DNA from: Roseiflexaceae bacterium | GTDB taxonomy: Bacteria; Chloroflexota; Chloroflexia; Chloroflexales; Roseiflexaceae | Direction of reading: 5' to 3' | NCBI GenBank assembly: GCA_043752605.1 | Contig: JAYUYF010000538.1 | Span: 1-34,640 of the forward strand | DNA length: 34,640 nucleotides | Position numbers and translations under genes: made by a program | The notes under the pieces: model-generated | Database searches by the model: none | What the model was told of the DNA's origin: nothing | The model's input: only the letters and a program-made list of their open reading frames with translations | Shown here: one piece after another, positions 18,547 through 26,332 of the stretch | Layout: each line of letters starts with the position of its first letter | How positions within the stretch are numbered: the first letter of the stretch is position 1

Positions 18547-18626
18547 GATCTCGTCGGGACGCAGCATGCTGCGTCCGTACACGGCGGCGGGAGCGGATCT
18601 CGTCGGGACGCAGCATGCTGCGTCCC
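18547..18626. repeat. Two tandem 30-bp direct repeats (period 49), each containing a perfect 20-22-bp GC-rich palindrome
   Basis: GATCTCGTCGGGACGCAGCATGCTGCGTCC at 18547-18576 and 18596-18625. Palindrome core GGACGCAGCATGCTGCGTCC, extended to 22 bp (GGGACGCAGCATGCTGCGTCCC) in copy 2, which abuts the DUF2256 stop codon. Confidence 0.9.
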
Positions 18627-18784
18627 TACGGTCGTTTGCCGCCGCTGTTTTTAAATTTACGACACGCATCGCTGCAATATTTCACCTCATCCCAGTTTTT
18701 GGCCATGCTCTTGCGCCAGGTGAACGGCCGACCACATGCGGCGCAGATCTTCTCTGGCAGATGTTCTTTTTTAACGCCGCGCAC
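18626..18784 (-). CDS. DUF2256-type zinc-ribbon protein
   Basis: KKEHLPEKICAACGRPFTWRKSMAKNWDEVKYCSDACRK matches the DUF2256 pattern as I remember it (CxxCGRPFxWRK...W..V.YCS..CR). GTG 18784 has GGAGGA 5 nt upstream and overlaps the upstream gene by 14 nt. The ORF-track ATG 18889 would overlap by 119 nt. Confidence 0.75.
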   Translation of the reverse strand: MRGVKKEHLPEKICAACGRPFTWRKSMAKNWDEVKYCSDACRKFKNSGGKRP

Positions 18785-20306
18785 GATATTCCTCCAACAA
18801 CCGGGCCGCGTCGGCGCGGATTGCCGCGCGCTCGTCTGATTCGATCCGGCGCAGGCCAAGCACGGCCGGGCCAAAGCGCGGGTTGGCACGCAGCTGCGTT
18901 TCGTGCGTCAGCAAAAAGTTCCAGTACAGCACATTGAACGGGCAGGCATCGGCCCCGCTGCGCTGTTTATGGTTGAAGCGGCAGCCGCCGCAGTAATCGC
19001 TCATACGGTTGATATAGGCGGCCGAGGCGATGTACGGCTTGGTACCGATGATGCCGCCGTCGGCGTTGAGCCCCATTCCGATCACATTTGGTGGCATCAC
19101 CCAATCGTAAGCGTCGATGTAGCACGCCAGAAACCAGTTGTTGACTTCGCCAGGCGTGATGCCCGCCAGCGTGCAAAAATTGGAGACAATCATCAGCCGC
19201 TCGATATGATGGCTGTAGCCGGTGTCGATCGCGCGCGTAATGACGTGCTGCATACAGCGCATATCGGTCTGGCCATCCCAGAAGAACTCGGGTAGCGGCT
19301 GCGTCGCCTGCCAGGCGTTGGCGCGCAACAAATCGGGCATCAGCCGCCAGTATTGCCAGTACATAAACTCGCGCCAGCCGATGATCTGGCGCACAAATCC
19401 TTCGACGGCGTTGAGCGGCGCATGACCGGCGCGGTAGGCAGCTTCGGCGGCGCGGATCAGCTGGAGCGGTTCGAGCAGGCCAATATTCAAATACGGCGAG
19501 AGGATTGAATGATACAGCGTGGCATTGTCAGCGCGCATCGCGTCTTCGTAATCGCCAAACAGCGGCAGACGCTCGGTAATAAACTGATCCAGCGCGTGCG
19601 CGGCCTGCGCGTGCGTCACCGCGTAGGCAAAGTCGGCGGTTGAGCCGATCATATCGGGCAGCGCATCCACCTTCGCCATGACCGCCTGCGTGGCTGCATC
19701 AGGTGCAAAGATCGGCGGTGCAGGGGGATCAAGCTGTTTTGGCAGCGGCTTGCGGTTTTCGGCGTCAAAATTCCAGCGGCCACCTTCGGGCTCGCCCCGG
19801 CTATCGAGCAACACGCCAAATTCGCGGCGCATCGCGCGGTAAAAGTTTTCCATCACATAGCGCTTGCCGGGCGTCGGATTGGGAATCGGATCAAAGCTGC
19901 CGACAAGAAATTGCGTGTTTGGCAGAATCTCGACCGGCAGCGCGAGCGCGTCTACCAGCGATTGCTGCAATTGCCACTGGGCATATTCGGCCGAAGCCAT
20001 CACCACGAGTCGCGTCGAACCTGTCTGCGCCAGGTGTTCGCGCAGACCATCGGCAAAACCATTGACTTCGCGGTGATCGACGACGTATCCCGCGCCGCGC
20101 AGATCATCGGCATAATGCCTGAGCGCGCTCAGGAGCAGCACCAGTTTTTTGCGCTGATACCAGTGTTGGGTGAGCCGCGTGTGGCTTTCGAGCAGCACCA
20201 CGCGGATATTCGCGCGGCTCACCGCTGCCTCAGCGGCGGCGAGCGCCGGGTGGTTGCGCAGCAGTTGGTCGGCGGTGATCCAGACCGAGACGGTGTCGTG
20301 TGTCAT
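18771..20306 (-). CDS. Cryptochrome/photolyase-family protein of the Fe-S bacterial (6-4)-photolyase (FeS-BCP, PhrB/CryB-like) type
   Basis: About 510 aa with N-terminus VWITADQLLRNHPAL and a FAD-domain region (GWREFMYWQYW, GYSHHIERLMIVSNF). Four Cys in the arrangement expected for the [4Fe-4S] site (LACYIDAYDW ... DYCGGCRF ... ADACPFNVLYWNFL). Confidence 0.75.
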   Translation of the reverse strand: MTHDTVSVWITADQLLRNHPALAAAEAAVSRANIRVVLLESHTRLTQHWYQRKKLVLLLSALRHYADDLRGAGYVVDHREVNGFADGLREHLAQTGSTRLVVMASAEYAQWQLQQSLVDALALPVEILPNTQFLVGSFDPIPNPTPGKRYVMENFYRAMRREFGVLLDSRGEPEGGRWNFDAENRKPLPKQLDPPAPPIFAPDAATQAVMAKVDALPDMIGSTADFAYAVTHAQAAHALDQFITERLPLFGDYEDAMRADNATLYHSILSPYLNIGLLEPLQLIRAAEAAYRAGHAPLNAVEGFVRQIIGWREFMYWQYWRLMPDLLRANAWQATQPLPEFFWDGQTDMRCMQHVITRAIDTGYSHHIERLMIVSNFCTLAGITPGEVNNWFLACYIDAYDWVMPPNVIGMGLNADGGIIGTKPYIASAAYINRMSDYCGGCRFNHKQRSGADACPFNVLYWNFLLTHETQLRANPRFGPAVLGLRRIESDERAAIRADAARLLEEYRARR

Positions 20307-20380
20307 ACACCAAGCTACGCACGCCGTGTGCCGCGAGGATTTGTGGCGTGTGTAGGGGCGTGTACAGGCTCAATATTGGG

Positions 20381-20997
20381 TTACGCTGAAAACAACCGGG
20401 CGAGAAACGCGATGAGTGTGCGTGCGGCTGTCGCATTACGGTTGAGGTAGCGCTGAGCAGGGACACCAACCTGAAGACCTGGCTCGTCTTACCAGGCAAG
20501 CCAGATATGTACGTGCGCCTTCTGACGGTCTTTCGGCGCAAATCGCTTCTCGGGCAATGCGTCCAGTGTCGTCGCGGCGTGGCCCCAGAGAATATCTTCA
20601 TTTGGCACCAGCGCCCCGATAAATTGTTCAAGCGCCCAATATTCTGGTTGTCTGGCATCAACCAGAACCCGACCGTCGGTCGCTCGGAAGCGGAAAGGAT
20701 CGTTCCTATTGGATCGGGAGTGCCCGGCAGCGCATCGTACCCATTGCGGCGAAGAGTATCGCAGCAACGCGTCCACGTATTGGCCAGATCATCGTCGGCA
20801 TCGATGATTATGCCGATAGCCGTATACTGCTTATCATCTCGTATCGGCAACTGTGCGCGCAGTGTTTTGAGCACACCGTCTTTGCCATCCCGGCGCTCGA
20901 TAGTCACATCTGGAAGCACAGGCTGATAGTGTTCTATCAGACTTTGCAGAACGACTTCGTCACCACGACCTTCAACACAGAGCACCGATCGAGCCAC
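20381..20997 (-). pseudogene. Toprim-like small partner gene of the upstream ATPase, disrupted by a 1-nt frameshift (~20635) and an in-frame TAA (20489-20491)
   Basis: GTG 20997 shares 1 nt with the ATPase stop. Frame A gives MARSVLCVEGRGDEVV...IGIIIDADDD...GFWLMPDNQNIG. The protein-like continuation ALEQFIGALVPNEDILWGHAATTLDALPEKRFAPKDRQKAHVHIWLAW is in the -1 frame. After the TAA the same frame stays open for DEPGLQVGVPAQRYLNRNATAARTLIAFLARLFSA up to TAA 20381-20383. The reconstructed product is ~205 aa. Confidence 0.6.
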
Positions 20998-21941
20998 TAG
21001 CGCACCTCGACCGCTTCTTCGACGGCAGCAGTAAGATCCTCTTCATCGTAGATCGACGCCACTACGTCGCCTTTGCGATGGCCAAGCCGCACCAGCACAC
21101 CTACCTGCGGGTGTGCGGTCGCTGCTTCCTGGAACGCGCGCACACAATCCTGACTGTGGGTGGTTGCGAACACCTGAATGTTGAGTTCGCTCGCGAGATA
21201 GAAGATGAGCTTCCAGACATCTGGTTGCACCGAATAGTGAAACCCATTCTCGATCTCGTCGACAAGTAATACACCGCCCGGTACATTGACGAGTGCCAAC
21301 GCCAGGCCAAACAACCGCACCATGCCTTCGCCAAGCGAACGCAGGGCAACCGGAAACGTATCGCCCTGGAGCCGAACCTTTGGACTACGCTTACCGCGAC
21401 GCTGACCATTCTCGACCACTGCGATGGCAACGCGCTCGACGCGCGGTTCGATGATGCGCAGTGCGTTGATGACCTGCTCTTCGTAGATTGAGACCGCAAT
21501 TTTATCCCAGAAGGCGATGAGTCGGTCGGTGCTGAGACCACCAGCATGAATGGTAACCAGCGGCGAACCGTTCCACGCTGGATGGGCAGACCAGAGCCGC
21601 AGCATTTTCTTCGCCGGGCGCACGTAAATATCGCCATCTGCATCAAACGGAATACCCTTGTGTGGCCCAATCTCGACAGGTGATTGAGCAGGGACACCGC
21701 GACATTGCACTGAACGCCAGTCGGGGAATTCTTCGTCGCGGCGAACCGTGACTTGATCGACCGGAACCGACGAATTCGATCCTTCCTGGCTTACATACAA
21801 CTCAATTGCTTCGAGCAGACTTGTCTTGCCAACATTGTTCTTGCCCACGATCAGATTGACTCGGCCAAGCTGTTCGACCACAAGGTGGCGAAATCCGCGG
21901 TAGTTGTGTAGTTCAAGCGAGTCGAGAACAATATCATCCAT
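20997..21941 (-). CDS. ABC/SMC-like AAA ATPase (AAA_21/AAA_15-like, OLD-family ATPase-domain-like)
   Basis: LELHNYRGFRHLVVEQLGRVNLIVGKNNVGKTSLLEAIELY (Walker A), signature-like LRSLGEGMVRLFGLALAL, Walker B GVLLVDEIENGFH, H-loop VFATTHSQD. Appears intact at 314 aa. Confidence 0.8.
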   Translation of the reverse strand: MDDIVLDSLELHNYRGFRHLVVEQLGRVNLIVGKNNVGKTSLLEAIELYVSQEGSNSSVPVDQVTVRRDEEFPDWRSVQCRGVPAQSPVEIGPHKGIPFDADGDIYVRPAKKMLRLWSAHPAWNGSPLVTIHAGGLSTDRLIAFWDKIAVSIYEEQVINALRIIEPRVERVAIAVVENGQRRGKRSPKVRLQGDTFPVALRSLGEGMVRLFGLALALVNVPGGVLLVDEIENGFHYSVQPDVWKLIFYLASELNIQVFATTHSQDCVRAFQEAATAHPQVGVLVRLGHRKGDVVASIYDEEDLTAAVEEAVEVR

Positions 21942-21970
21942 ATAGGTTTCTCAGCGATACAGCTACCACT

Positions 21971-21979
21971 ATTGTACCA
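21971..21979 (-). promoter_or_regulatory. Putative extended -10 promoter (TGgTACAAT) for the ATPase module
   Basis: Minus strand reads TGGTACAAT about 30 nt upstream of ATG 21941. Weak -35 and weak RBS. Confidence 0.3.
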
Positions 21980-22051
21980 CTGCCCTACCCGATTGACACG
22001 CCGTGCGTTGCCTGGCAATATGTTCCGCCTCTACAGACGATTCATGGGCCT

Positions 22052-23077
22052 CTACCGCCCTGCCTGCACCGCGCCGGGCAACACCAGATCGGCGTGCGTC
22101 CAGCAGTGATCGGTGCCGACGCGCTCGCAATGCACCGCCGCAGACGTTGGGATGATCGCCGGGCTCGTCCAGATATAATCGAGCCGGATCAGCGGTACCG
22201 GGTAATTGCGCGTAGCTCCCGGGTTTGGGAAGCTAAAGCCCGGCCCGATGTTTGTCGCACGGAATGTATCCGTGAGCCGTGTGCGAAACCGTGCGAGTTG
22301 CGGTTCGCGCTCGGCGGTGTTCAGATCGCCCGCAACGATCACCATGCCCTGCGTCGCGTCAAGCACGCGCAGCAGCGCCGTCAACTCGCTATCGCGCGCC
22401 CGCGTGCTCATGCGGGGGGTAAAACGACCGCGTGAGAACGATGGTACGGTGGGATGCACATTGAACAACGTGATCGGCTGGCCGTTGACATCGATCTGGG
22501 CTTGCAACAGGCGCACGCCAACTGGCGAGGATTCGATCGTGATTGGATAGCGACTGTAGATGCCAAAACCACTCGCACCGTATGTCGCCAGTTCGAAGCG
22601 GTAGGGTAATGTAGTTCCCAACGCCGCGTTGAGCGCGGCCGCACCATCTGGTGCAAGCTCCTGTATCGCCAGAATGTCGGCATTCAGCGCGACGATCGCC
22701 GCCGCAGTTTCATCTGGCGTGCGGTTGCTGTATAAAATATTGGCGCTGACGACCCGCAGCGTCTGCGTCTCCAGGCGCGCCGCCGCACCTGATTGTGGCA
22801 GCAAGCCAGGTAATGCACCAACCAGAAACCACAGTAATCCGATCGCCGCACCCGCCGCCAGCCAGCGCGAGCGCAGCAGCAGCGCGGCCAGTGGCACCAG
22901 CGCGGCTGGCACAAATAGCCAGGTGCCAAACATGTTGAGCAGCGCCAGCCACCAGAATCGATCCGCTCCCAATCCCCAGAGTAGCGTCAGCGCACCAAGC
23001 CCGCTTACATACACCATCACCACCGCGATACATAGCCGACGAAACATGTCTGTGTCCTCGTTCAATTCTTGCGACAT
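22052..23077 (-). CDS. Membrane-anchored endonuclease/exonuclease/phosphatase (EEP) family protein
   Basis: Three to four N-terminal hydrophobic helices, then LRVVSANILYSNR...ADILAIQEL...LFNVHP...AGDLNT...DHCWTHADL, the EEP catalytic motifs. Confidence 0.75.
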   Translation of the reverse strand: MSQELNEDTDMFRRLCIAVVMVYVSGLGALTLLWGLGADRFWWLALLNMFGTWLFVPAALVPLAALLLRSRWLAAGAAIGLLWFLVGALPGLLPQSGAAARLETQTLRVVSANILYSNRTPDETAAAIVALNADILAIQELAPDGAAALNAALGTTLPYRFELATYGASGFGIYSRYPITIESSPVGVRLLQAQIDVNGQPITLFNVHPTVPSFSRGRFTPRMSTRARDSELTALLRVLDATQGMVIVAGDLNTAEREPQLARFRTRLTDTFRATNIGPGFSFPNPGATRNYPVPLIRLDYIWTSPAIIPTSAAVHCERVGTDHCWTHADLVLPGAVQAGR

Positions 23078-23140
23078 CGGCGCACCTGCCGCATACTAGC
23101 ACGCGAGCATATCGCCTGCCAAGCACACAAGGACACATCC

Positions 23141-24091
23141 ATGCGCACACTGGTGATCGGCGCCGGGGTCTCGGGGCTCACCACCGCCATCCGGCTACTG
23201 GAGGCAAGCCATCAGGTGACGATCGCCGCCGCCGCACAGGGCCGCGCGATTGTTTCGTCGGTGGCGGCCGCGATCTGGTATCCGTACAAAGCCTACCCGC
23301 AGCATCTTGTCAGCGCCTGGGGTGCGACGACCTACGCCGAGCTGGTGCGCCTGATACCAGATTCGGCGACCGGGATCGTGCTGCGCCGCGGCCGCGAGCT
23401 CTTTCACGCACCCGAACCCGATCCGTGGTGGCGCGCGGCGGTGCCCGACTGGCGGCGTGCGACACCTGCAGAGCTGCCCGCGGGTTATGTTGATGGTTTC
23501 GCATACTCGACCCCAATCATCGATATGCTGCGCTATCTGCCGTGGCTCGCAGCGCGTGTCACCACGCTTGGCGGCCAGATTGTCGTGCAGGATATCACTG
23601 ATCTCGATGCGTGCCTGGCAGAGTATGATCTGGTCGTCGATTGTGCCGGGCTGGGCGCGCGTATGCTTGTGGGCGATGCCACGCTGACGCCGATCCGTGG
23701 CCAGGTCATCCGCGTCGCGCAGGTCGGTCTTGAAGAATTCTTCCTCGACGACAACAACCCGGCCGGCATTGTGTATATCATCCCGCGCATCGATGATATT
23801 GTGCTGGGTGGCACTGCGCAATCGGGTGACGCCACGATGGAGCCAGACCCGGCGACGGCCGCTGCGATTCTGGCGCGCTGTATCGCACTGGAGCCACGGC
23901 TGCGCGATGCCGCGATTATCGAGCATCGCGTCGGCCTGCGGCCCGGCCGCCCCGCCATCCGGCTCGAACGCGAGCAGCGCGCGGGTGGCGTGGTGATCCA
24001 CAATTACGGCCACGGCGGCGCGGGTGTCACGCTCTCGTGGGGCTGTGCGCAGGCGGTGATCGATCTTCTACAGACGGAGAAAGCGCCATGA
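23141..24091 (+). CDS. FAD-dependent oxidoreductase, D-amino-acid-oxidase-like
   Basis: [28 protein letters not shown] dinucleotide-binding motif and C-terminal [17 protein letters not shown], typical of DAAO. The stop overlaps the dcd start (ATGA). Confidence 0.8.
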   Translation: MRTLVIGAGVSGLTTAIRLLEASHQVTIAAAAQGRAIVSSVAAAIWYPYKAYPQHLVSAWGATTYAELVRLIPDSATGIVLRRGRELFHAPEPDPWWRAAVPDWRRATPAELPAGYVDGFAYSTPIIDMLRYLPWLAARVTTLGGQIVVQDITDLDACLAEYDLVVDCAGLGARMLVGDATLTPIRGQVIRVAQVGLEEFFLDDNNPAGIVYIIPRIDDIVLGGTAQSGDATMEPDPATAAAILARCIALEPRLRDAAIIEHRVGLRPGRPAIRLEREQRAGGVVIHNYGHGGAGVTLSWGCAQAVIDLLQTEKAP

Positions 24092-25776
24092 GTATCAAGG
24101 CAGATCGCTGGATCCAGCAGATGGCCACCGAGCACGGCATGATCGAGCCGTTTGTGGCCGATCAGGTACGCGGCGGGCAAATTTCGTATGGCCTGTCATC
24201 GTATGGTTATGATATGCGGATCGCCGACGAATTCAAGGTTTTTACCAACATTTACAATACCCTCGTTGACCCAAAGCAATTCGATAATCGCTCATTTGTC
24301 GATTTCAATGCGCCATATATCGATATCCCGCCGAATTCGTTTGCACTCGGGCGGTCAATCGAGTACTTCCGCATCCCGCGCAATGTCTTGTGCATTGTGC
24401 TCGGAAAGAGCACCTATGCGCGCTGTTTCAGCGGTGACACACGGGTTGCACTGGTCGATGGTACATCGGTTGCGTTTGCCGATATGGCTGAACGTGCGTC
24501 GCGTGGTGAGCACTTCTGGGGCTACAGCATTGGCCAACACGGGCGGGTGATTGTCACGTTGCTTGATGCGCCGCGCCTTGTTGGTCGGGATAGTCTGCTC
24601 GAAATCGAACTCGACAACGGCGAGACGATTCGCGCGACGCCCGATCACGAGTTCGTCGGCCGCGACGGTCGATTGGTGCAGGCGGCCGCGCTTCGACCGG
24701 GAGCGTCGCTGATGCCGCTCTATCGCGATGTGTTTCGTGGCTACGAGATGGTGTATCAGCCGATTATCGGCTACTATGAGCCAACACATCGCCTTGCAGA
24801 TGAGTGGAATGTGCGTGCTGAACTATATATCGATGCTCCTGATACCGACCGACATCATATCGACCACAATCGTCGAAACAATAGCCCGACGAACCTGATC
24901 CGTATGAACGAGAGTGATCATGCACGCTATCATAATCGCGAATATTATGATAGCGATGACTTTAATCCGATAGAGCACGGCGAGTCGATCCGTGCAGCAT
25001 TCGAGCGGTTGAGTGTCGATGAAGATTGGATAGCGAGGATGTCGGCGGCTCAGCGCGCACGGGTGCGAGCATTCTGGGAAGAACCTCGCTATGCGAATAT
25101 TCGTGAACAGCTCATTTCGCAACGAGTTACCTACTGGAGTGATACGAAGAATCGCGATGCACAACGTGAACGACAGCAGGTGTACTGGGAAAATGAGGAT
25201 CAACGTGCTGAACGCGCGGAATTTTCACGAAGTGTTTGGGAGCAGAGTGATTTGCCGCGCCGTGAGCGCCAGCGTGAGATTGCGCGTGCAATAAATATAC
25301 GAAGTGAGATCGACGCCGACCAGGTACGTGCAGCGCTTGACAAAACGGGTTCCATTCGAGGTACAGCGCGACTGTTGGAATGTGACCGATCTGTCTTCCG
25401 AAGATTTCCGCAAGTTATCGATGAGTTTCGCGGTACGAAAGCACTTAATCACAAAGTCGTGTCGGTTCGCGCAATTCCAGGCTCACACGATGTATATTGC
25501 CTCACCGTACCAGAAGCAGGCAATTTTGCCCTCGAAGCTGGCGTCTTCGTGAAAAATTGTGGCCTGATCGTAAACGTGACACCTCTGGAACCTGCCTGGG
25601 AAGGCTATGTGACGATTGAGGTGAGCAACACGACGCAGTTGCCGGCACGCGTCTACGCCAACGAAGGGATCGCGCAGGTGTTGTTCCTCGAGAGCGATGA
25701 GCAATGCATGACGTCGTACGCGGATAAGGCGGGCAAATATCAGGGGCAGGTGGGCGTGGTGCCACCGCGACTGTGA
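24088..25776 (+). CDS. dcd: dCTP deaminase precursor containing an intein (exteins 24088-24423 and 25558-25773, ~184 aa after splicing)
   Basis: Exteins [22 protein letters not shown]...[17 protein letters not shown]...[33 protein letters not shown] and [46 protein letters not shown]...GKYQGQ join into a normal short Dcd. GGAGA RBS lies before ATG 24088. Confidence 0.9.
   Translation: MSIKADRWIQQMATEHGMIEPFVADQVRGGQISYGLSSYGYDMRIADEFKVFTNIYNTLVDPKQFDNRSFVDFNAPYIDIPPNSFALGRSIEYFRIPRNVLCIVLGKSTYARCFSGDTRVALVDGTSVAFADMAERASRGEHFWGYSIGQHGRVIVTLLDAPRLVGRDSLLEIELDNGETIRATPDHEFVGRDGRLVQAAALRPGASLMPLYRDVFRGYEMVYQPIIGYYEPTHRLADEWNVRAELYIDAPDTDRHHIDHNRRNNSPTNLIRMNESDHARYHNREYYDSDDFNPIEHGESIRAAFERLSVDEDWIARMSAAQRARVRAFWEEPRYANIREQLISQRVTYWSDTKNRDAQRERQQVYWENEDQRAERAEFSRSVWEQSDLPRRERQREIARAINIRSEIDADQVRAALDKTGSIRGTARLLECDRSVFRRFPQVIDEFRGTKALNHKVVSVRAIPGSHDVYCLTVPEAGNFALEAGVFVKNCGLIVNVTPLEPAWEGYVTIEVSNTTQLPARVYANEGIAQVLFLESDEQCMTSYADKAGKYQGQVGVVPPRL
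24424..25557 (+). mobile_element. Intein (378 codons) with HNH-type endonuclease, W-centred repeats and HTH
   Basis: Begins [13 protein letters not shown] (block A) and contains TPDH (block B). HNH motif [27 protein letters not shown] at ~24850-24935. Ends [23 protein letters not shown], followed by extein Cys 25558. Confidence 0.85.
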
Positions 25777-25785
25777 GAACTGCTG

Positions 25786-25794
25786 TGCTATAAT
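25786..25794 (+). promoter_or_regulatory. Extended -10 promoter (TGcTATAAT) upstream of the SCP2 gene
   Basis: TGCTATAAT at 25786-25794. AAGGAG at 25824-25829 precedes ATG 25836. Confidence 0.45.
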
Positions 25795-25835
25795 CGTTTG
25801 GCGGTGTGTTCGCAACAGAGTAAAAGGAGCGGCTA

Positions 25836-26270
25836 ATGGCGGTCTTCAGCAGCTACGATGACCTGTATTACTGTATGGGCAAGCTCTACGATGAAGCCAA
25901 GGCCGATCCGCGCGTCGCGCCGAAGATTAAAGATAGCAATCTGGTGATCCAGTTTCGCTACGATGAACCTGCCGCGGTGGTGACGATCAACGCCGCTGCC
26001 GCGCCGACCCAGCCGGGCGGTTTTTTTGATGTCTTGTGGGGCGAGCAGCCGGATCTCAAGCCCGATATTGAAATGAGCATGAAGGCCGATGTGGCACACC
26101 AGTTCTGGCACGGTAAAGTCAACCTGATGGCCGCACTCGCCCGCCGCCAGATTGTGGCCAGGGGGCCGATTCCCAAAATTCTGAAATTGCTGCCGGCCGT
26201 CGAGCCGATGTACGAAATGTATCCGCGGCTGCTGCATGAACTCGGTCGCGACGATCTCGTTCTCGGGTAA
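25836..26270 (+). CDS. SCP2 sterol-binding-domain protein
   Basis: About 144 aa with a pattern typical of the SCP2 fold: ...VIQFRYDEPAAVVTIN...MSMKADVAHQFWHGKVNLMAALARRQIVARGPIPKILKLLP. Strong RBS. Confidence 0.65.
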   Translation: MAVFSSYDDLYYCMGKLYDEAKADPRVAPKIKDSNLVIQFRYDEPAAVVTINAAAAPTQPGGFFDVLWGEQPDLKPDIEMSMKADVAHQFWHGKVNLMAALARRQIVARGPIPKILKLLPAVEPMYEMYPRLLHELGRDDLVLG

Positions 26271-26332
26271 TTCGCCTGCTGCGCGCGCTGTGATCGCGCG
26301 GCCAGATACACGATGCTCCGGGAGGCGCACGC

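Noticed and set aside
18524-18616. N-terminal extension (MLRPDEIRSRRRVRTQHAASRRDHTQLEINS) of the FAD-binding-domain ORF
   Set aside because: It is encoded by the palindromic repeats. ATG 18523 has a GGAG and begins the conserved sequence.
18547-18626. Possible mini-CRISPR array (30-bp repeats, 19-bp spacer)
   Set aside because: There are only two copies, the spacer is too short, the repeats are fully palindromic REP-like elements, and no cas genes or leader are present.
20230-20634. C-terminal half of the 255-aa ORF (RLNNLSGRWCQMKIFSGATPRRHW...), which runs into the photolyase gene end
   Set aside because: It is out-of-frame read-through after the frameshift. It is Arg/Ser/Thr-rich and not protein-like, it overlaps the neighbouring gene by 77 nt, and the -1 frame carries the plausible continuation.
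21993-22025. Plus-strand TTGACA with a possible AATATG/CAATAT -10, pointing into the 3' end of the EEP gene (antisense RNA?)
   Set aside because: The -10 is poor, the spacing is 17-19 nt depending on the choice, and there is no downstream plus-strand gene for >1 kb. It is likely chance and untestable from sequence alone.
22052-23077. Membrane EEP nuclease as a third component of the ATPase/Toprim module
   Set aside because: It is separated by 110 nt containing a promoter-like element, its composition looks like the host genome rather than the AT-richer module, and EEP membrane proteins are common stand-alone genes. It is not excluded, but it is unsupported.
23195-24013. 272-aa and 156-aa antisense ORFs within the D-amino-acid-oxidase-like gene
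   Set aside because: They are GC-driven antisense open frames (Arg/Ala-rich). The plus-strand frame has the GxGxxG and HGGAG motifs.
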